A stretch of DNA of 63,929 nt, filler included, from Octopus bimaculoides (lineage: Eukaryota), in the NCBI RefSeq assembly GCF_001194135.2. It is 7 parts of 6 records of this genome, joined end to end, with 100 filler letters (N's around TTAATTAATTAA, not from the genome) between each part and the next. Parts side by side here need not be neighbours in the genome. Positions count along the whole stretch, not along the records: positions 19,280 to 25,237 come from NC_068981.1; positions 25,338 to 46,058 come from NC_068987.1; 5 more parts are not named here. One strand, written 5' to 3'. A program made the translations under genes and the position numbers. Numbering within the stretch: the first letter of the stretch is position 1; the number at the start of each line of letters is the position of its first letter. Under the pieces are notes generated by a model. That model was not told the DNA's origin, made no database searches, and worked only from the letters and a program-made list of their open reading frames with translations. Below, one piece after another: positions 24,992 through 37,880 of this stretch.

Positions 24992-25446
24992 CGCGCCCTC
25001 ACACACACATAGCCGAACGCACATATATACACACACACACCCATATATACGCGCACGCCTACATACACAGCCGCATACACATGCACACACATACACACAG
25101 GAGTGCACACACAAAATAACACACATACCTGGCACACATACGCACGCACACACATAAACATACACATACACACCCCTCACATACATAAAACCACACACAC
25201 ACACATACACACATACACGACACACATACACATATACNNNNNNNNNNNNNNNNNNNNNNNNNNNNNNNNNNNNNNNNNNNNTTAATTAATTAANNNNNNN
25301 NNNNNNNNNNNNNNNNNNNNNNNNNNNNNNNNNNNNNTACAAGTTGTTATACAACTTTGTATATAAAATAAACTTTACAAACAAACTTTTTAAAACATGA
25401 AAAAGGCAAAACTTACAGAGCCGACACGTCTACCGTCCGTCCATAG

Positions 25447-25515
<69 letters not shown>

Positions 25516-25619
25516 CTAGTCCCCTCCCCACAGAGTTCAGGCCTTGTGCTTATAGTAGAAAAGATTATTATTATTATTATTATCATCAGGAAGGTGCTGT
25601 TTTCTCCAAGTACTCCACC

Positions 25620-25955
25620 TTTATTGCAGCCCCAATTTGTTCCATGTACTTCTCAAGAATGTTACCCACTCTTCCTAGGGATCCGATAATTATTGGTACT
25701 ACTACAACTTTTTCCATCGATCACAAATGCTTAACTTCAACGCTAACCTGTCATGCCTCTCGACTATTCTTACCTAATGCGTCTGTTATGATAGAAATTG
25801 CTTCTGTTTTTAGACTCCACATTCGAGTTACCTCTATTTCCAGGTCTTTGTATTTTGAAAATTTCTCCGTTTAATTTAGAATACAAAGATCTAGAAATAG
25901 AGGTAACTCGAATAGTAGAGGTAATAGGAACATTTCCTATCATAGTAGACACATT
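25620..25955 (-). mobile_element. Rearranged R4/Dong-like RLE C-terminal fragments (two subfamilies plus an inverted piece)
   Basis: Minus: EVKHLWSMEKVVVVPIIIGSLG (25745-25620) and EKFSKYKDLEIEVTRMWSLKTE (25870-25800). Plus: EYKDLEIEVTR (25879-25911). Confidence 0.75.
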
Positions 25956-25963
25956 ACTATTAC

Positions 25964-26077
<114 letters not shown>

Positions 26078-26903
26078 NNNNNNNNNNNNNNNNNNNNNNN
26101 NNNNNNNNNNNNNNNNNNNNNNNNNNNNNNNNNNNNNNNNNNNNNNNNNNNNNNNNNNNNNNNNNNNNNNNNNNNNNNNNNNNNNNNNNNNNNNNNNNNN
26201 NNNNNNNNNNNNNNNNNNNNNNNNNNNNNNNNNNNNNNNNNNNNNNNNNNNNNNNNNNNNNNNNNNNNNNNNNNNNNNNNNNNNNNNNNNNNNNNNNNNN
26301 NNNNNNNNNNNNNNNNNNNNNNNNNNNNNNNNNNNNNNNNNNNNNNNNNNNNNNNNNNNNNNNNNNNNNNNNNNNNNNNNNNNNNNNNNNNNNNNNNNNN
26401 NNNNNNNNNNNNNNNNNNNNNNNNNNNNNNNNNNNNNNNNNNNNNNNNNNNNNNNNNNNNNNNNNNNNNNNNNNNNNNNNNNNNNNNNNNNNNNNNNNNN
26501 NNNNNNNNNNNNNNNNNNNNNNNNNNNNNNNNNNNNNNNNNNNNNNNNNNNNNNNNNNNNNNNNNNNNNNNNNNNNNNNNNNNNNNNNNNNNNNNNNNNN
26601 NNNNNNNNNNNNNNNNNNNNNNNNNNNNNNNNNNNNNNNNNNNNNNNNNNNNNNNNNNNNNNNNNNNNNNNNNNNNNNNNNNNNNNNNNNNNNNNNNNNN
26701 NNNNNNNNNNNNNNNNNNNNNNNNNNNNNNNNNNNNNNNNNNNNNNNNNNNNNNNNNNNNNNNNNNNNNNNNNNNNNNNNNNNNNNNNNNNNNNNNNNNN
26801 NNNNNNNNNNNNNNNNNNNNNNNNNNNNNNNNNNNNNNNNNNNNNNNNNNNNNNNNNNNNNNNNNNNNNNNNNNNNTACCATCTGTTTTAAGTATGTACG
26901 CAA

Positions 26904-26937
<34 letters not shown>

Positions 26938-26944
26938 ATTAATA

Positions 26945-26975
<31 letters not shown>

Positions 26976-26979
26976 CATG

Positions 26980-27067
<88 letters not shown>

Positions 27068-27090
27068 GTAGGAGTAGTAGTAGTAGTAGC

Positions 27091-27128
<38 letters not shown>

Positions 27129-27413
27129 ATGTTGTTGTTGTAGTGGCCGTAGTTTATTCGAATATCTCGATTCTAGAATATCTCTGACGCACTTATCTCA
27201 TTATCTCCATCATTGTTTCCAGATCTCGTTATTTACGCTGTTAACGTTGCGTTTGTTTATTTCTTTACCATTGTGTTTTGATTGTTATTGTCATTCTCGT
27301 TATAAAGATTATTAAATATCTTTTTAACATTATTTTAAGATGTATTGGTTTTTTCAAATAAAAATCTTCAATTCTTATTTTTGGTATCCAAAACATTAAC
27401 ACGTACGTAGAAA

Positions 27414-27471
<58 letters not shown>

Positions 27472-27726
27472 NNNNNNNNNNNNNNNNNNNNNNNNNNNNN
27501 NNNNNNNNNNNNNNNNNNNNNNNNNNNNNNNNNNNNNNNNNNNNNNNNNNNNNNNNNNNNNNNNNNNNNNNNNNNNNNNNNNNNNNNNNNNNNNNNNNNN
27601 NNNNNNNNNNNNNNNNNNNNNNNNNNNNNNNNNNNNNNNNNNNNNNNNNNNNNNNNNNNNNNNNNNNNNNNNNNNNNNNNNNNNNNNNNNNNNNNNNNNN
27701 NNNNNNNNNNNNNNNNNNNNNNNNNN

Positions 27727-27757
<31 letters not shown>

Positions 27758-28335
27758 TATAGATATATATATATACACATATATATAGATATATATATGT
27801 ATATGTGTGTGTATGTGTGTGAGAGAAAGAGAAAGAGAGAGTTACGTAGATATACAAATAGTGAGAGAGAGATAGACAGACAGAGAGGAAGAGAGAGAAT
27901 TTGTGAGAGAAAAAGATGGAGCTTTTTTGTTTTTCTCTTCCTTTTGAATATTCCATCACCCCCTACCAATGAAAAAGAGCTGAAATTTCTAAACGTCTAT
28001 ATTTGCCAAAAGGACTGTCTTTGTATCTCTCTCACTATTCATTAACTCTTGACACTCTATACACCCCTCTCTCTTTCTTTCTTCCCCACCCCAAACACTT
28101 CCTTTGTTTTCTTGTTCTTCTCTATTTTTTAGTTGAACTCCTCATTTTTTCTATCTACTTTCTTAAACTTTTATTGAATTTACAGATATTTTGCCATCCT
28201 ATTTCTCCTTTACTTCCAAATGTTCAAACTAATATCATTATCTTTTTCCCTTTATCAATTCTTCTGTAATACCCTCTTTATTTCACTCTCCAAAACGCAT
28301 CTCTTACACCTGCTCTCTCTCTCGGTCTCTCCCGA

Positions 28336-28401
<66 letters not shown>

Positions 28402-28990
28402 ACATATGTATGCATGTATATATATATATATGGATATATGTAAATGTATATACATATANNNNNNNNNNNNNNNNNNNNNNNNNNNNNNNNNNNNNNNNNN
28501 NNNNNNNNNNNNNNNNNNNNNNNNNNNNNNNNNNNNNNNNNNNNNNNNNNNNNNNNNNNNNNNNNNNNNNNNNNNNNNNNNNNNNNNNNNNNNNNNNNNN
28601 NNNNNNNNNNNNNNNNNNNNNNNNNNNNNNNNNNNNNNNNNNNNNNNNNNNNNNNNNNNNNNNNNNNNNNNNNNNNNNNNNNNNNNNNNNNNNNNNNNNN
28701 NNNNNNNNNNNNNNNNNNNNNNNNNNNNNNNNNNNNNNNNNNNNNNNNNNNNNNNNNNNNNNNNNNNNNNNNNNNNNNNNNNNNNNNNNNNNNNNNNNNN
28801 NNNNNNNNNNNNNNNNNNNNNNNNNNNNNNNNNNNNNNNNNNNNNNNNNNNNNNNNNNNNNNNNNNNNNNNNNNNNNNNNNNNNNNNNNNNNNNNNNNNN
28901 NNNNNNNNNNNNNNNNNNNNNNNNNNNNNNNNNNNNNNNNNNNNNNNNNNNNNNNNNNNNNNNNNNNNNNNNNNNNNNNNNNNNNNNNNN

Positions 28991-29630
28991 TATCCATCTT
29001 TGTATCTATCTCTGCACTACCTACCATCCTCACCTTTGCCATTCTCTTCCCCTGGTGTATCTTTTTTGCCTTTATCTACTTTCTATTTCGGTGTTTCCTC
29101 CTGCATTTCTCATCTATTTCTGTTTTTTTTTTATTTCTCTCTCTCCCGTTTTCTCTCTTTATTTCTTACTCTCATTCCCGTCCCTTTCTCTCTCTATTTT
29201 CTTTTTCTCCCAGTCTCTTCTTAAATGTTGTTCTCACTCTCTTTCGCTGATTTTCTTTCTTTCCCTCCCTCCATTTCTAATTGTTTCTATCTCACTCTGA
29301 TTCTCGCTCACCTTTTTCCTCCCCCATTCCCCCTCCCTATCCTTGTCTCTCTCTCTCTATCTCTCCCTCTCTTCCTCTCTCATCGTTTCTGTCTGACTTC
29401 ATTGCCCCCCTCCCACTATCTCTCTGTGATTGTCTTTCTCTCTCTGCCTCTTTGAGTGCTTCTGTCTGAGATTCTTCTCTCTCCTTCTCTCTGTCTGATT
29501 CTCTCATTCACTCTCCTTCTCCCTCTCTCTCTCTCTGCCTCTTTCGCTCCCTGCCTCTATGTCTATTTGTCTCTCTCTTTCTCCCCCTCTTCCTCTTTCT
29601 AAAAGTCTCTCACATTCTTATCATTAGACA
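28991..29630. repeat. Long polypyrimidine (CT-rich) tract; a second at 27980-28335
   Basis: Direct reading. Confidence 0.85.
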
Positions 29631-29879
29631 TTACAACTATTTCAATTGATTTTTGTCATTAATTCTTAAATATTTCTTTACCTTTCTTTTTTACTTTTCA
29701 CTAAATTTGTTACTTTTTTTTTCTAGAATATATCTTTATCATTCAGTTTGTTTATTTACTTATTGGTATCATTATCATCACCTCCATTATAGCAACGACC
29801 ACGACCACGACAACGACCACCACTACCTTCATCATCATCATCATCATCATCATCGTCGTCGTCGTCGTCGTCGTAGTCG

Positions 29880-29910
<31 letters not shown>

Positions 29911-30072
29911 TGTTGCATTTATTATTATCATTATAGTTAAAAACTATATTGCCCTTTTTCTTTTTGTTATATTATATTACTTTAGTATTGTTTCCGTGGT
30001 GATAAATATTGTAGTTGCTTCTCTTATTTTATTACCATTTTTTAAAATACATTTATATATTTATCTATTACT

Positions 30073-30105
<33 letters not shown>

Positions 30106-30148
30106 GTCATCGACGTCGTTATTTTCATCGTCATGAACATCATGATCG

Positions 30149-30194
<46 letters not shown>

Positions 30195-31089
30195 AGTCAT
30201 CATCATCATAGTCATCAAAATCGCCATCATCGTCGCTGTCATCGTCGTCATTTTTATCACCGTCATTCACACATTTCATTTTTACTTCGCAAATCGCATC
30301 ATGATGGTGTTAATAAGAAATCGCTTTTTTCGCTAATGTCCCATCTCACCTTTTAAACTCCATAGAATTAAATTTGTTCCAGTTGGCTGTATTGTGAAGT
30401 ACCTCACTTCTTGATTATTGTTTCTTTCAAATTTTCTAATGTTAGTTTTGCAATTCGGCTTCATTTCTTTCTTTGTTTATTGGCATACATTTATTTTTGC
30501 ATCTCATCTGCGAACTTCCTTTCCGATTTGAAAGCGTACGCAAAAATAGACTGACAACCACACACATACACACATGTGCATATATATATANNNNNNNNNN
30601 NNNNNNNNNNNNNNNNNNNNNNNNNNNNNNNNNNNNNNNNNNNNNNNNNNNNNNNNNNNNNNNNNNNNNNNNNNNNNNNNNNNNNNNNNNNNNNNNNNNN
30701 NNNNNNNNNNNNNNNNNNNNNNNNNNNNNNNNNNNNNNNNNNNNNNNNNNNNNNNNNNNNNNNNNNNNNNNNNNNNNNNNNNNNNNNNNNNNNNNNNNNN
30801 NNNNNNNNNNNNNNNNNNNNNNNNNNNNNNNNNNNNNNNNNNNNNNNNNNNNNNNNNNNNNNNNNNNNNNNNNNNNNNNNNNNNNNNNNNNNNNNNNNNN
30901 NNNNNNNNNNNNNNNNNNNNNNNNNNNNNNNNNNNNNNNNNNNNNNNNNNNNNNNNNNNNNNNNNNNNNNNNNNNNNNNNNNNNNNNNNNNNNNNNNNNN
31001 NNNNNNNNNNNNNNNNNNNNNNNNNNNNNNNNNNNNNNNNNNNNNNNNNNNNNNNNNNNNNNNNNNNNNNNNNNNNNNNNNNNNNNNNN

Positions 31090-31123
<34 letters not shown>

Positions 31124-31743
31124 CATATTCCTCCCAAATCATTGCTATTATTTCTTATTCGTTTTACTTGTTTGTGTCTATTGACTCTTTTCGTAAAATA
31201 CTCCATGTAACACCCACCGACATTTTTTTCTTCGTTCTGGCAATAATACAACTACCGATAATGTCTTGTATTTCGGATGTGCAGCCACTCACAGCATTCG
31301 TTCTTCGTTACTTGCTTTGCATTTAAAAAAAAAACCCGCATTAATGCTGGAGGTGTACATGTATTTTGTAGTTTGTAATTGTGCTTGAATTCTTTGAAAA
31401 ATAGATTATAATAGCCCTTTCGCTTCACCTTTTACTTCGTGTTTGCCGAATTGTTTTATATCAAGTGATTTGGACATTTTACTTTCCTTTTTTTTCCCTC
31501 TATTTCCGGTTAGCCATATGCAAAATTTTGTATTCAACCTTTCTAACGTTTTATTGAAACTAACCTGATTTTAATAACTTTACACCCACCCCGTCATTTT
31601 AGATATATGTAGGTCTTTATTTTAGTTAACTTAACTGCAACACAAGCAGAGGTAATCTTTTCTACTCTCACATTATCAGTTTATCGGACTATCTTGTGAG
31701 ATCCTCTACGTTCATTTCCTCTTAATAAATATTGTATATTAGT

Positions 31744-32120
31744 GGATGCGTAATGGCCCAGTGATTAGGGCAGCGGCCTAGCGGCCTCGCGGTCGTAGGA
31801 TCGCGGTTTCGATTCCCAGAGCGGGCGTTGTGAGTGTTTGTTGAGCTAAAACACCTAAAGCTCCACAAGGCTCCTGCAGATGTTGGTGGTGAACCCTGCT
31901 GTGTTCTTTCTCCACATCTTACTCTTGTTTCTGTTGTACCTGTATTTCGAAGGACCATCCTTGTCACACTCTGTGTCACGCTGAATCTCCCCGAGAACTA
32001 CATTAAGCGTACGCGTGTCTGTGGAGTGCTCAGCCACTTACACGTTGATTTCACGAGCAGGCTGCTCCGTTGATCGGATCAAGTGGAACCCTCGTCGTCG
32101 CAACCCCGGAGTGCCACCAC
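31744..32120 (+). mobile_element. Full-length SINE family B (more diverged)
   Basis: Colinear with 20010-20395. Confidence 0.85.
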
Positions 32121-32137
32121 CAAAAGTATTGCATATT

Positions 32138-32345
32138 AAGGAAGCGAGCTGTCAGAATTAGTAGCACACCCGGCAAAATGCTTAGCGATATTTTGTCCTG
32201 TCCTTACGGTGTGAGTTCAAATTCCGAGGTCAGCTTTGCCTTGCATCCTTTGAGAGCCGTTGAAATAAGTACAAGGTGAACACTGGGGTCGACGTCATCA
32301 GCTTACTCCTACCAAGAAACTGCTGGATTTGTGACAAACGTTGAA
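32138..32345 (+). mobile_element. SINE family A
   Basis: Colinear with 13222-13372 plus 3-prime extension. Confidence 0.75.
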
Positions 32346-32589
32346 CGTAATATATGTTTACGTATTAGCTTTAGTTAGTTCTGTCACTAACACACTTTTC
32401 ATATATACTGTAATCATATGCGTCGGTACGATATACAGACATGCATTGTATGCAATAGCAAGTAGGGAGGGGTTCAATTAATCACACAAGTAAACATGTA
32501 TTCTTAAGACTCAAGTAACGGTGGTAACAGCAATGTACAATTGAGGTGAGGGAAAGACAAGGCTACCGTATCAAACTCATGATAATGAT

Positions 32590-32785
32590 TTCAAATTTTG
32601 GCACTAGGCAAGGATGTTTTTCGTGAGTGCTTTATTCGACTCCAGTAGGACATACTTTTTCGGCCCTAGAGGATGGGAGTTATCGACGATATCGTTGGGA
32701 TTTCAATGCAGTACGGAGAAAGCCGTAAGAAATACCGCTAAGGATTTCGTCCGGCGTGCTAACGATTCTGCCAGTTCTCCGCCTT
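32590..32785 (-). mobile_element. SINE family A (diverged), head abutting (TAA)n
   Basis: Reverse complement starts aaggcggagaactggcagaatcgttagcacgccggacgaaatccttagcgg. Confidence 0.75.
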
Positions 32786-32798
32786 AATAATAATAATA

Positions 32799-32839
<41 letters not shown>

Positions 32840-33955
32840 CCCATCCGATCAGCCACAATCCAACTAGCAGCTGTGATGACGGATAGAAGAGGAAATAAGC
32901 AACCTTAGTGGAAAAGGAGAATTTCACAAGGTATAAACTCCTTGAACAGTGTTGTGTGAATACTTGTCAGGAAAAGATATTGAGAACTTAAGAATGAGTG
33001 CAAATTCGAAAAAAATTGGAAGAAGTATGGTGTAGATACAAAAGACCTGAATATTGTAACAGAAGAAGTGAAGCAGCGCTTACTTGCAAAAAAAAAAAAA
33101 AAGCAATGCTAACTAGGTTTGAAGAACGGGTTATACACATCCGGCAAAACAAATTGTTTCGAACCAACAAAAAAAAAAACAGATTTTATCAAGAGATTAT
33201 GATGATAAAATACGTGATAGATTAATACCTGATGCCGATGAAAGCCGACTTTTCTAGGGTAAGATGTGGATTAAGCGACGAAAACAGTTTCTTATCTTCA
33301 GCAAGAAGCTATCTATTTCGCAGCAGACAGTATCAGAGATATTAGTAAAAAGATAAGCAATTGGGAAGCAGTAGATCCTGATGATGTACAGGAATTTTGG
33401 ATAAAAATGATCAGTAGATGCCATAAATTCATCGCAGAGCAAATGAATGCATTGATCAATGGAGAAGAAGAAATGCCGAGCTGGTTGAGAAAAGTACGAA
33501 CGATGTTGTTTCTGAAAGATGCATCAAATGGAAATGCTGCTTACAATTACATACCGTTTTCTTGCCTCCTCCCATTAATGTGGAAGTTACTGTAAGGAGG
33601 AATACAAGAAGAGCTGTACACATTTCTTGATGAGTAAGATATATTACCAACGGGACAAAAAGGCTGTTGACGGAGATGCAGAGGTACCAGAGATCAATTT
33701 TATTGACAGGCAAAATGGAAATCCAAGATTGTAAACGAAGCAGAACAAATTTGGGAATGGCCTGGATCGATTTCCTGAAAATAAGTATTGTTGGGTGGAA
33801 AACTGTACCGACATTCTATGGAAAAAGCTTGGGCACTCTGGGTAGCAGAAGCGGTATTTTCCAGGAGAATAGCTTATATCCGTTGCTTTTTGTTCTCTGC
33901 ATGATACCTCTGACATTGGTACTTAGGAAAATGAACCTGGGATACTAACTAAAGG
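32840..33955 (+). mobile_element. R4/Dong-like retrotransposon, pre-RT and RT N-terminal half (decayed)
   Basis: Across frameshifts: QP*WKRRISQ; EEVKQRLLAK...RFEERV...RQNKLFRTN; CHKFIAEQMNALING.EEMPSWL; GQKGC.RRCRGTRDQ; TNLGMAWIDF; GIFQENSLYPLLFVLCMIPLTLVLRKMNLGY (the GIFQGDSLSPLLF motif). Confidence 0.85.
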
Positions 33956-33974
33956 GACAACCCCAGCTAATATC

Positions 33975-34674
33975 ATACACTTAGAGATAGTCACCTTGCG
34001 CATCAATACACTGGTCCTAGCGTTCCTGCCTCTTTGGTAATCTAGCCTGAACGTCGTTGCGATTCTTTCTTGTTCTCAACAACGGTGTTTTCACGGTGAC
34101 CACTTCAGCCGCATTTTCATCCTGGGGAAGAGCTGGAAGTCCGCAAGTGCTGAATTTTTCGAATAGGGCGGGTGCAGATGTGATATCATGTGTTCGGCAA
34201 GAAACTCACAAATGAGGAGAGCACGGTGAGGGATCCAATCTTTCTCACTCAAACACTTGAAGACGTCACAGCAGAGCTCTCGAATGATTGCGTGACCCTG
34301 AGGGATGAATACTCAATGCACAACACCACATTTCCAGGGGTAACTTTCGTGGCAGGTCTTCTGGATCGCTCATCGTCATACAGGGACGTTTTCCCACTTT
34401 TGACGGACCCGTGCCACTCGAAACATTGCGTACGACCCATTGCCTCGATGGTGTAGGCTTGCCGAAGTATATTCAATTGAATCTGCATGTGTCTTCCAAA
34501 GTTTGGCACAACATTTCACGTTGGCTCTTTGTTCCTGTCCATGACACTATCGCAGACTATAGCATATACTTGATTACGAAAACACACAAAGCTCTCACAG
34601 CGCATGCAACCATATGCTGTCATCTATTGTCACACCGCAGGTGTTGTTCGGGAAATTTTTGATACCATCTCGTA
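33975..34674 (-). mobile_element. mariner-family transposon relic, internally deleted, one TIR
   Basis: End TA-CGAGATGGTATCAAAAATTTCCCGAAC at 34674; HTH region QAYTIEAMGRTQCFEWHGSVKSGKTSLYDDERSRRP; C-terminus like HPPYS...LADFQLFPRMK...CIDAQGDY at 34190-33985. Confidence 0.8.
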
Positions 34675-36036
34675 AATACATATTTTTGATGCCTCCTCAT
34701 AGATACATGTTTAGAATAAGGAAAAGTGCATCGTTTCTTAGATAGAGTGATAATGTGAAAAGGTTTATCTGCACGAATTGTACTGCAGAATTGGTTCAAT
34801 GAAAAAGATGTCTGCATTAAAACAGTGATGGTTGCATAAAGATGAATTAAGTGTTTGTAAATGCAACAATATCAAACGTTAACGAGGAATTGCTGATGCG
34901 GGTTTTAAACAAGCATGTGCGTTGTAAAATATCATAAAATGCAGTGAGTACAGCAAGTATTATTACAAAGTTTATAGAATATTGGAATACGATGTAGCTG
35001 GTTGGTGTTTGCACATGTAAGTATTTATGGTCGCCAGATGAGGTAAAAAGTTAGCTGAGGACCAACGGCAAAGAGAGGACATTTCAAAAACGTGATGAGA
35101 AAGATATCAAAAAGACGTTGCAATTGAATGATAACACTAAATCTGTAACTAACAGCAGACGTGTAACATGTTCCAAAGTTCTTAAAATTCTGAACAAAAT
35201 CATCTAATACGTAACGTGTAGCTTCATAAAATTAATTTCCGTTGATCATGTCATGAAGTGTCTAGCTATAATTTAAAATGACAAGAATAAAGGGGATTTG
35301 TCAGAATATCGAACCATTAAAACAGGCAAAGCTATTGATGTCAGCAGATCCAGTTACAATAATCATATAATCTATATCGTAGTTGAAGATACCTTTATCT
35401 TTCACAGTCTTGTTGTACCTCTTTTATCTTCACGTATATGAAAAGGTGTTTTGTTTGCATCAGTATATAAAATCATTCTCCGAGAGGCTAATCAGCATTT
35501 TGTAATTTTGCAGATAGTAGTGCAATCTGCACTGCAGCAGATACCACTCCTTTGAAGACACCTGCTGTTTAGATAGCGTGAGCTGCGAATAAAACAACTA
35601 TATTGAATTGATGAATCTTGTACTATAGAATTTTCTAATTTCCTTCTATTAATCCAAACTAGTGAAGAGAGCAACTTGTCTTTAGACGTGAAACTTTGAT
35701 GGCATCTCTATTGAAAATATGATATCTTTTGATGAAAGCCCCGCAAAGAAATGATTTGTAAATAAATTCAGAAGGGAAAGAGTAACAAACATTCAAAGTA
35801 GAACTTCATTTTTATCATATCGCCTTCCTGGAATTTGAAATTTTGTTTGAATATGTACTGGTTATAATCGACCAAGTAGCTTCTGTTTAAAATCTCATTA
35901 TCAAATTCGACGGAAACATTAAACATCTATTTATCAAAACAGTTAAACGCCTGTTTACAAGTTTTCTTACCGACACTTGAAGGTAATTTACATTATTTAC
36001 ATTTGACGGATATTTGTCCTCATTTTGTTTATTGTT

Positions 36037-36082
36037 AACACAACCTTTCGGCTAATATACCCTCCAGCCTTCTTCAGCTGTC
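36037..36082 (-). ncRNA. Degenerate minimal type I hammerhead motif in a short repeat (about 35990-36100)
   Basis: gacag-CTGAAGA-a-ggctg..tagcc-GAAA-GGT-T-gtgtt; homologous repeat at 45545-45700. Confidence 0.55.
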
Positions 36083-36097
36083 TTAGGTATTTTACGA

Positions 36098-36167
<70 letters not shown>

Positions 36168-36284
36168 GTTCAGTAGTTTTATTTTTATAACGTGCTTTCA
36201 CTTCACTACCGAGCGCAGCTCTGTGCGCCTTGGGTATGTGCTGTGGTTTGGTGTGGTGCTCTTATGTTTACTGTATTGAAAGTG

Positions 36285-36285
<1 letters not shown>
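36168..36285 (-). mobile_element. R4/Dong-like 3-prime UTR, short truncated copy inside (TAA)n
   Basis: Near-identical to 9630-9745; the same terminus recurs at about 38872-38897. Confidence 0.85.
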
Positions 36286-36349
<64 letters not shown>

Positions 36350-36355
<6 letters not shown>

Positions 36356-36503
36356 TCACTGCTTGGAATCGAACTGGGAATCTTGGGGTTAGTAGCCCGT
36401 GGACAATTATGGAGTGAATTCCTTAATACCGGTTCCTATGTGCTGCTCATATCTGCACTCGTTCTGCTTAGGAGGTTGATTCCAGGCAGTGACCTGAACA
36501 ATA
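36350..36503. mobile_element. Inverted pair of short tRNA-like SINE 3-prime ends
   Basis: ttcaggtcactgcttggaatc (36350-70) pairs with gattccaggcagtgacctgaa (36478-98); left copy has a B-box-like AGTTCGATTCC on the minus strand. Confidence 0.6.
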
Positions 36504-36508
36504 AATAA

Positions 36509-36920
36509 GTGAAGGCGACTGGCTCAGTGGTTAGAGGTGGTGAGTTCGAATTCCGGACCGAGCTGGGTGTTGTGTTCTTGAGCAAGACACATTATTTCAC
36601 GTTGCTCCAGTTCACTCAGCTGTAGAAATGAGTTGCGACGTCACTGGTGCCAAGCTGTATCGGCCCCTTTGTCTTTCCCTTGGATAACACTGGTGGCGTG
36701 GAGAGGGGAGGCCAGTATGCATGGGCGACTGCTGGTNNNNNNNNNNCAAGCTGTATCGGCCCCTTTGTCTTTCCCTTGGATAACACTGGTGGCGTGGAGA
36801 GGGGAGGCCAGTATGCATGGGCGACTGCTGGTCTTCCATAAACAACCTTGCCTGGACTTATGCCTGGGAGGGTAACTTTCTAGGTGCAATGCCATGGTCA
36901 GTCATGACCAAAGAGGGGGG
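36509..36920 (+). mobile_element. tRNA-headed SINE, family D (with gttgtgttcttgagcaagacac central motif)
   Basis: A box tggctcagtggtt, B box gagttcgaattcc; inverted copy at 58980-59280; about 85 bp duplicated across a 10-N gap. Confidence 0.85.
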
Positions 36921-36954
36921 GGGTCAGCAATTGAAATAAGTTCATTTTCTCTAT

Positions 36955-37305
36955 ATTCTGTTTTACATGCTTCAGTCATTTGACTGCGGCCATGCTGGAG
37001 CACCGTTTTTAGTCAAACTCATTCTATCGGTCTCCTTCTGCCGAACTGCTAAGTTTTTGGGGACATAAACACGACAGCACTGTCGTCAAGCGATGACTGG
37101 GGGAGACAAACACAGACACAAACACACACACACATATATGTATACACACGACAGGCGCATTTCCGTTTCCGTCTACCAAATCTCCTCACAAGTCTTTGGT
37201 CGACCCGCGGCTATACTACAAGACCCTTGCCCAACCTACTACGCTATGGGACTTAACCCGCAACCATGTGGTTGGGAAGCAAGCTTCATACCATTCAGCC
37301 ACACC
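36955..37305 (-). mobile_element. SINE family C (diverged)
   Basis: Colinear with 20620-21026. Confidence 0.8.
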
Positions 37306-37339
37306 TTATTCTATAGAAACAAATGTAGATTTTCAAGTT

Positions 37340-37880
37340 TCATAAAGATACGATATTCGACATCATCGAAGCAGCCCGCAGGATCATTTGAAAATGTTCA
37401 TGCCTCGGCGCTAGAAAGAGTCACTACATGAAAAAATAGCTTTTCTTGTGTGTATATTAACATCTGTGCCTCAATATTTTATGGCAGTATAAGTAAAATG
37501 GAAATTTAAGGTATTCATTAAAAGGGATGGATTGAGCAAAACATGCATCAAATATCAAAATGTAAAACTGGAAGAATTAAGAGTTTAAATCAATCTAGCG
37601 TGCGTAGTAACTTTTAAAGTAAACCATTTTAGACCACTCACTGGTGAAATTTAAGACTTCAATTAAAAATGGATCATTAATAGAAGGGTAGAATTTAACA
37701 ATATGTAGATCAATGAATTTACCTTTAGATTTCTTATATAAATTACCGTACCAAACTATTACTGACGAAATATTTTTCCAAAATGAAACATTAAGAGATT
37801 TCATGATATGATTATTAAATAGATCAAGTACAACCTAACAAATCCTTATTGGTTCCCTTTTTTGAAGAATTACAGTTTTT
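37340..37880 (-). mobile_element. Decayed Penelope-like RT fragment (second subfamily)
   Basis: RIC*VVLDLFNNHIMKSLNVSFWKNISSVIVWYGNLYKKSKGKFIDLHIVKFYPSINDPFLIEVLNF resembles the PLE pattern ISK.ILD.IN.....QWKNT..VI.WF...K....FI.FDI..FYPSI; a frameshifted GL.RDD-like relic lies near 37370. Confidence 0.7.

Noticed and set aside
34700-35990. Stop-poor minus-strand frames with GSADINS and TSAVSYRFSVII as ankyrin/GPCR relics
   Set aside because: Motifs are too short and not in a coherent order; needs a translated search.
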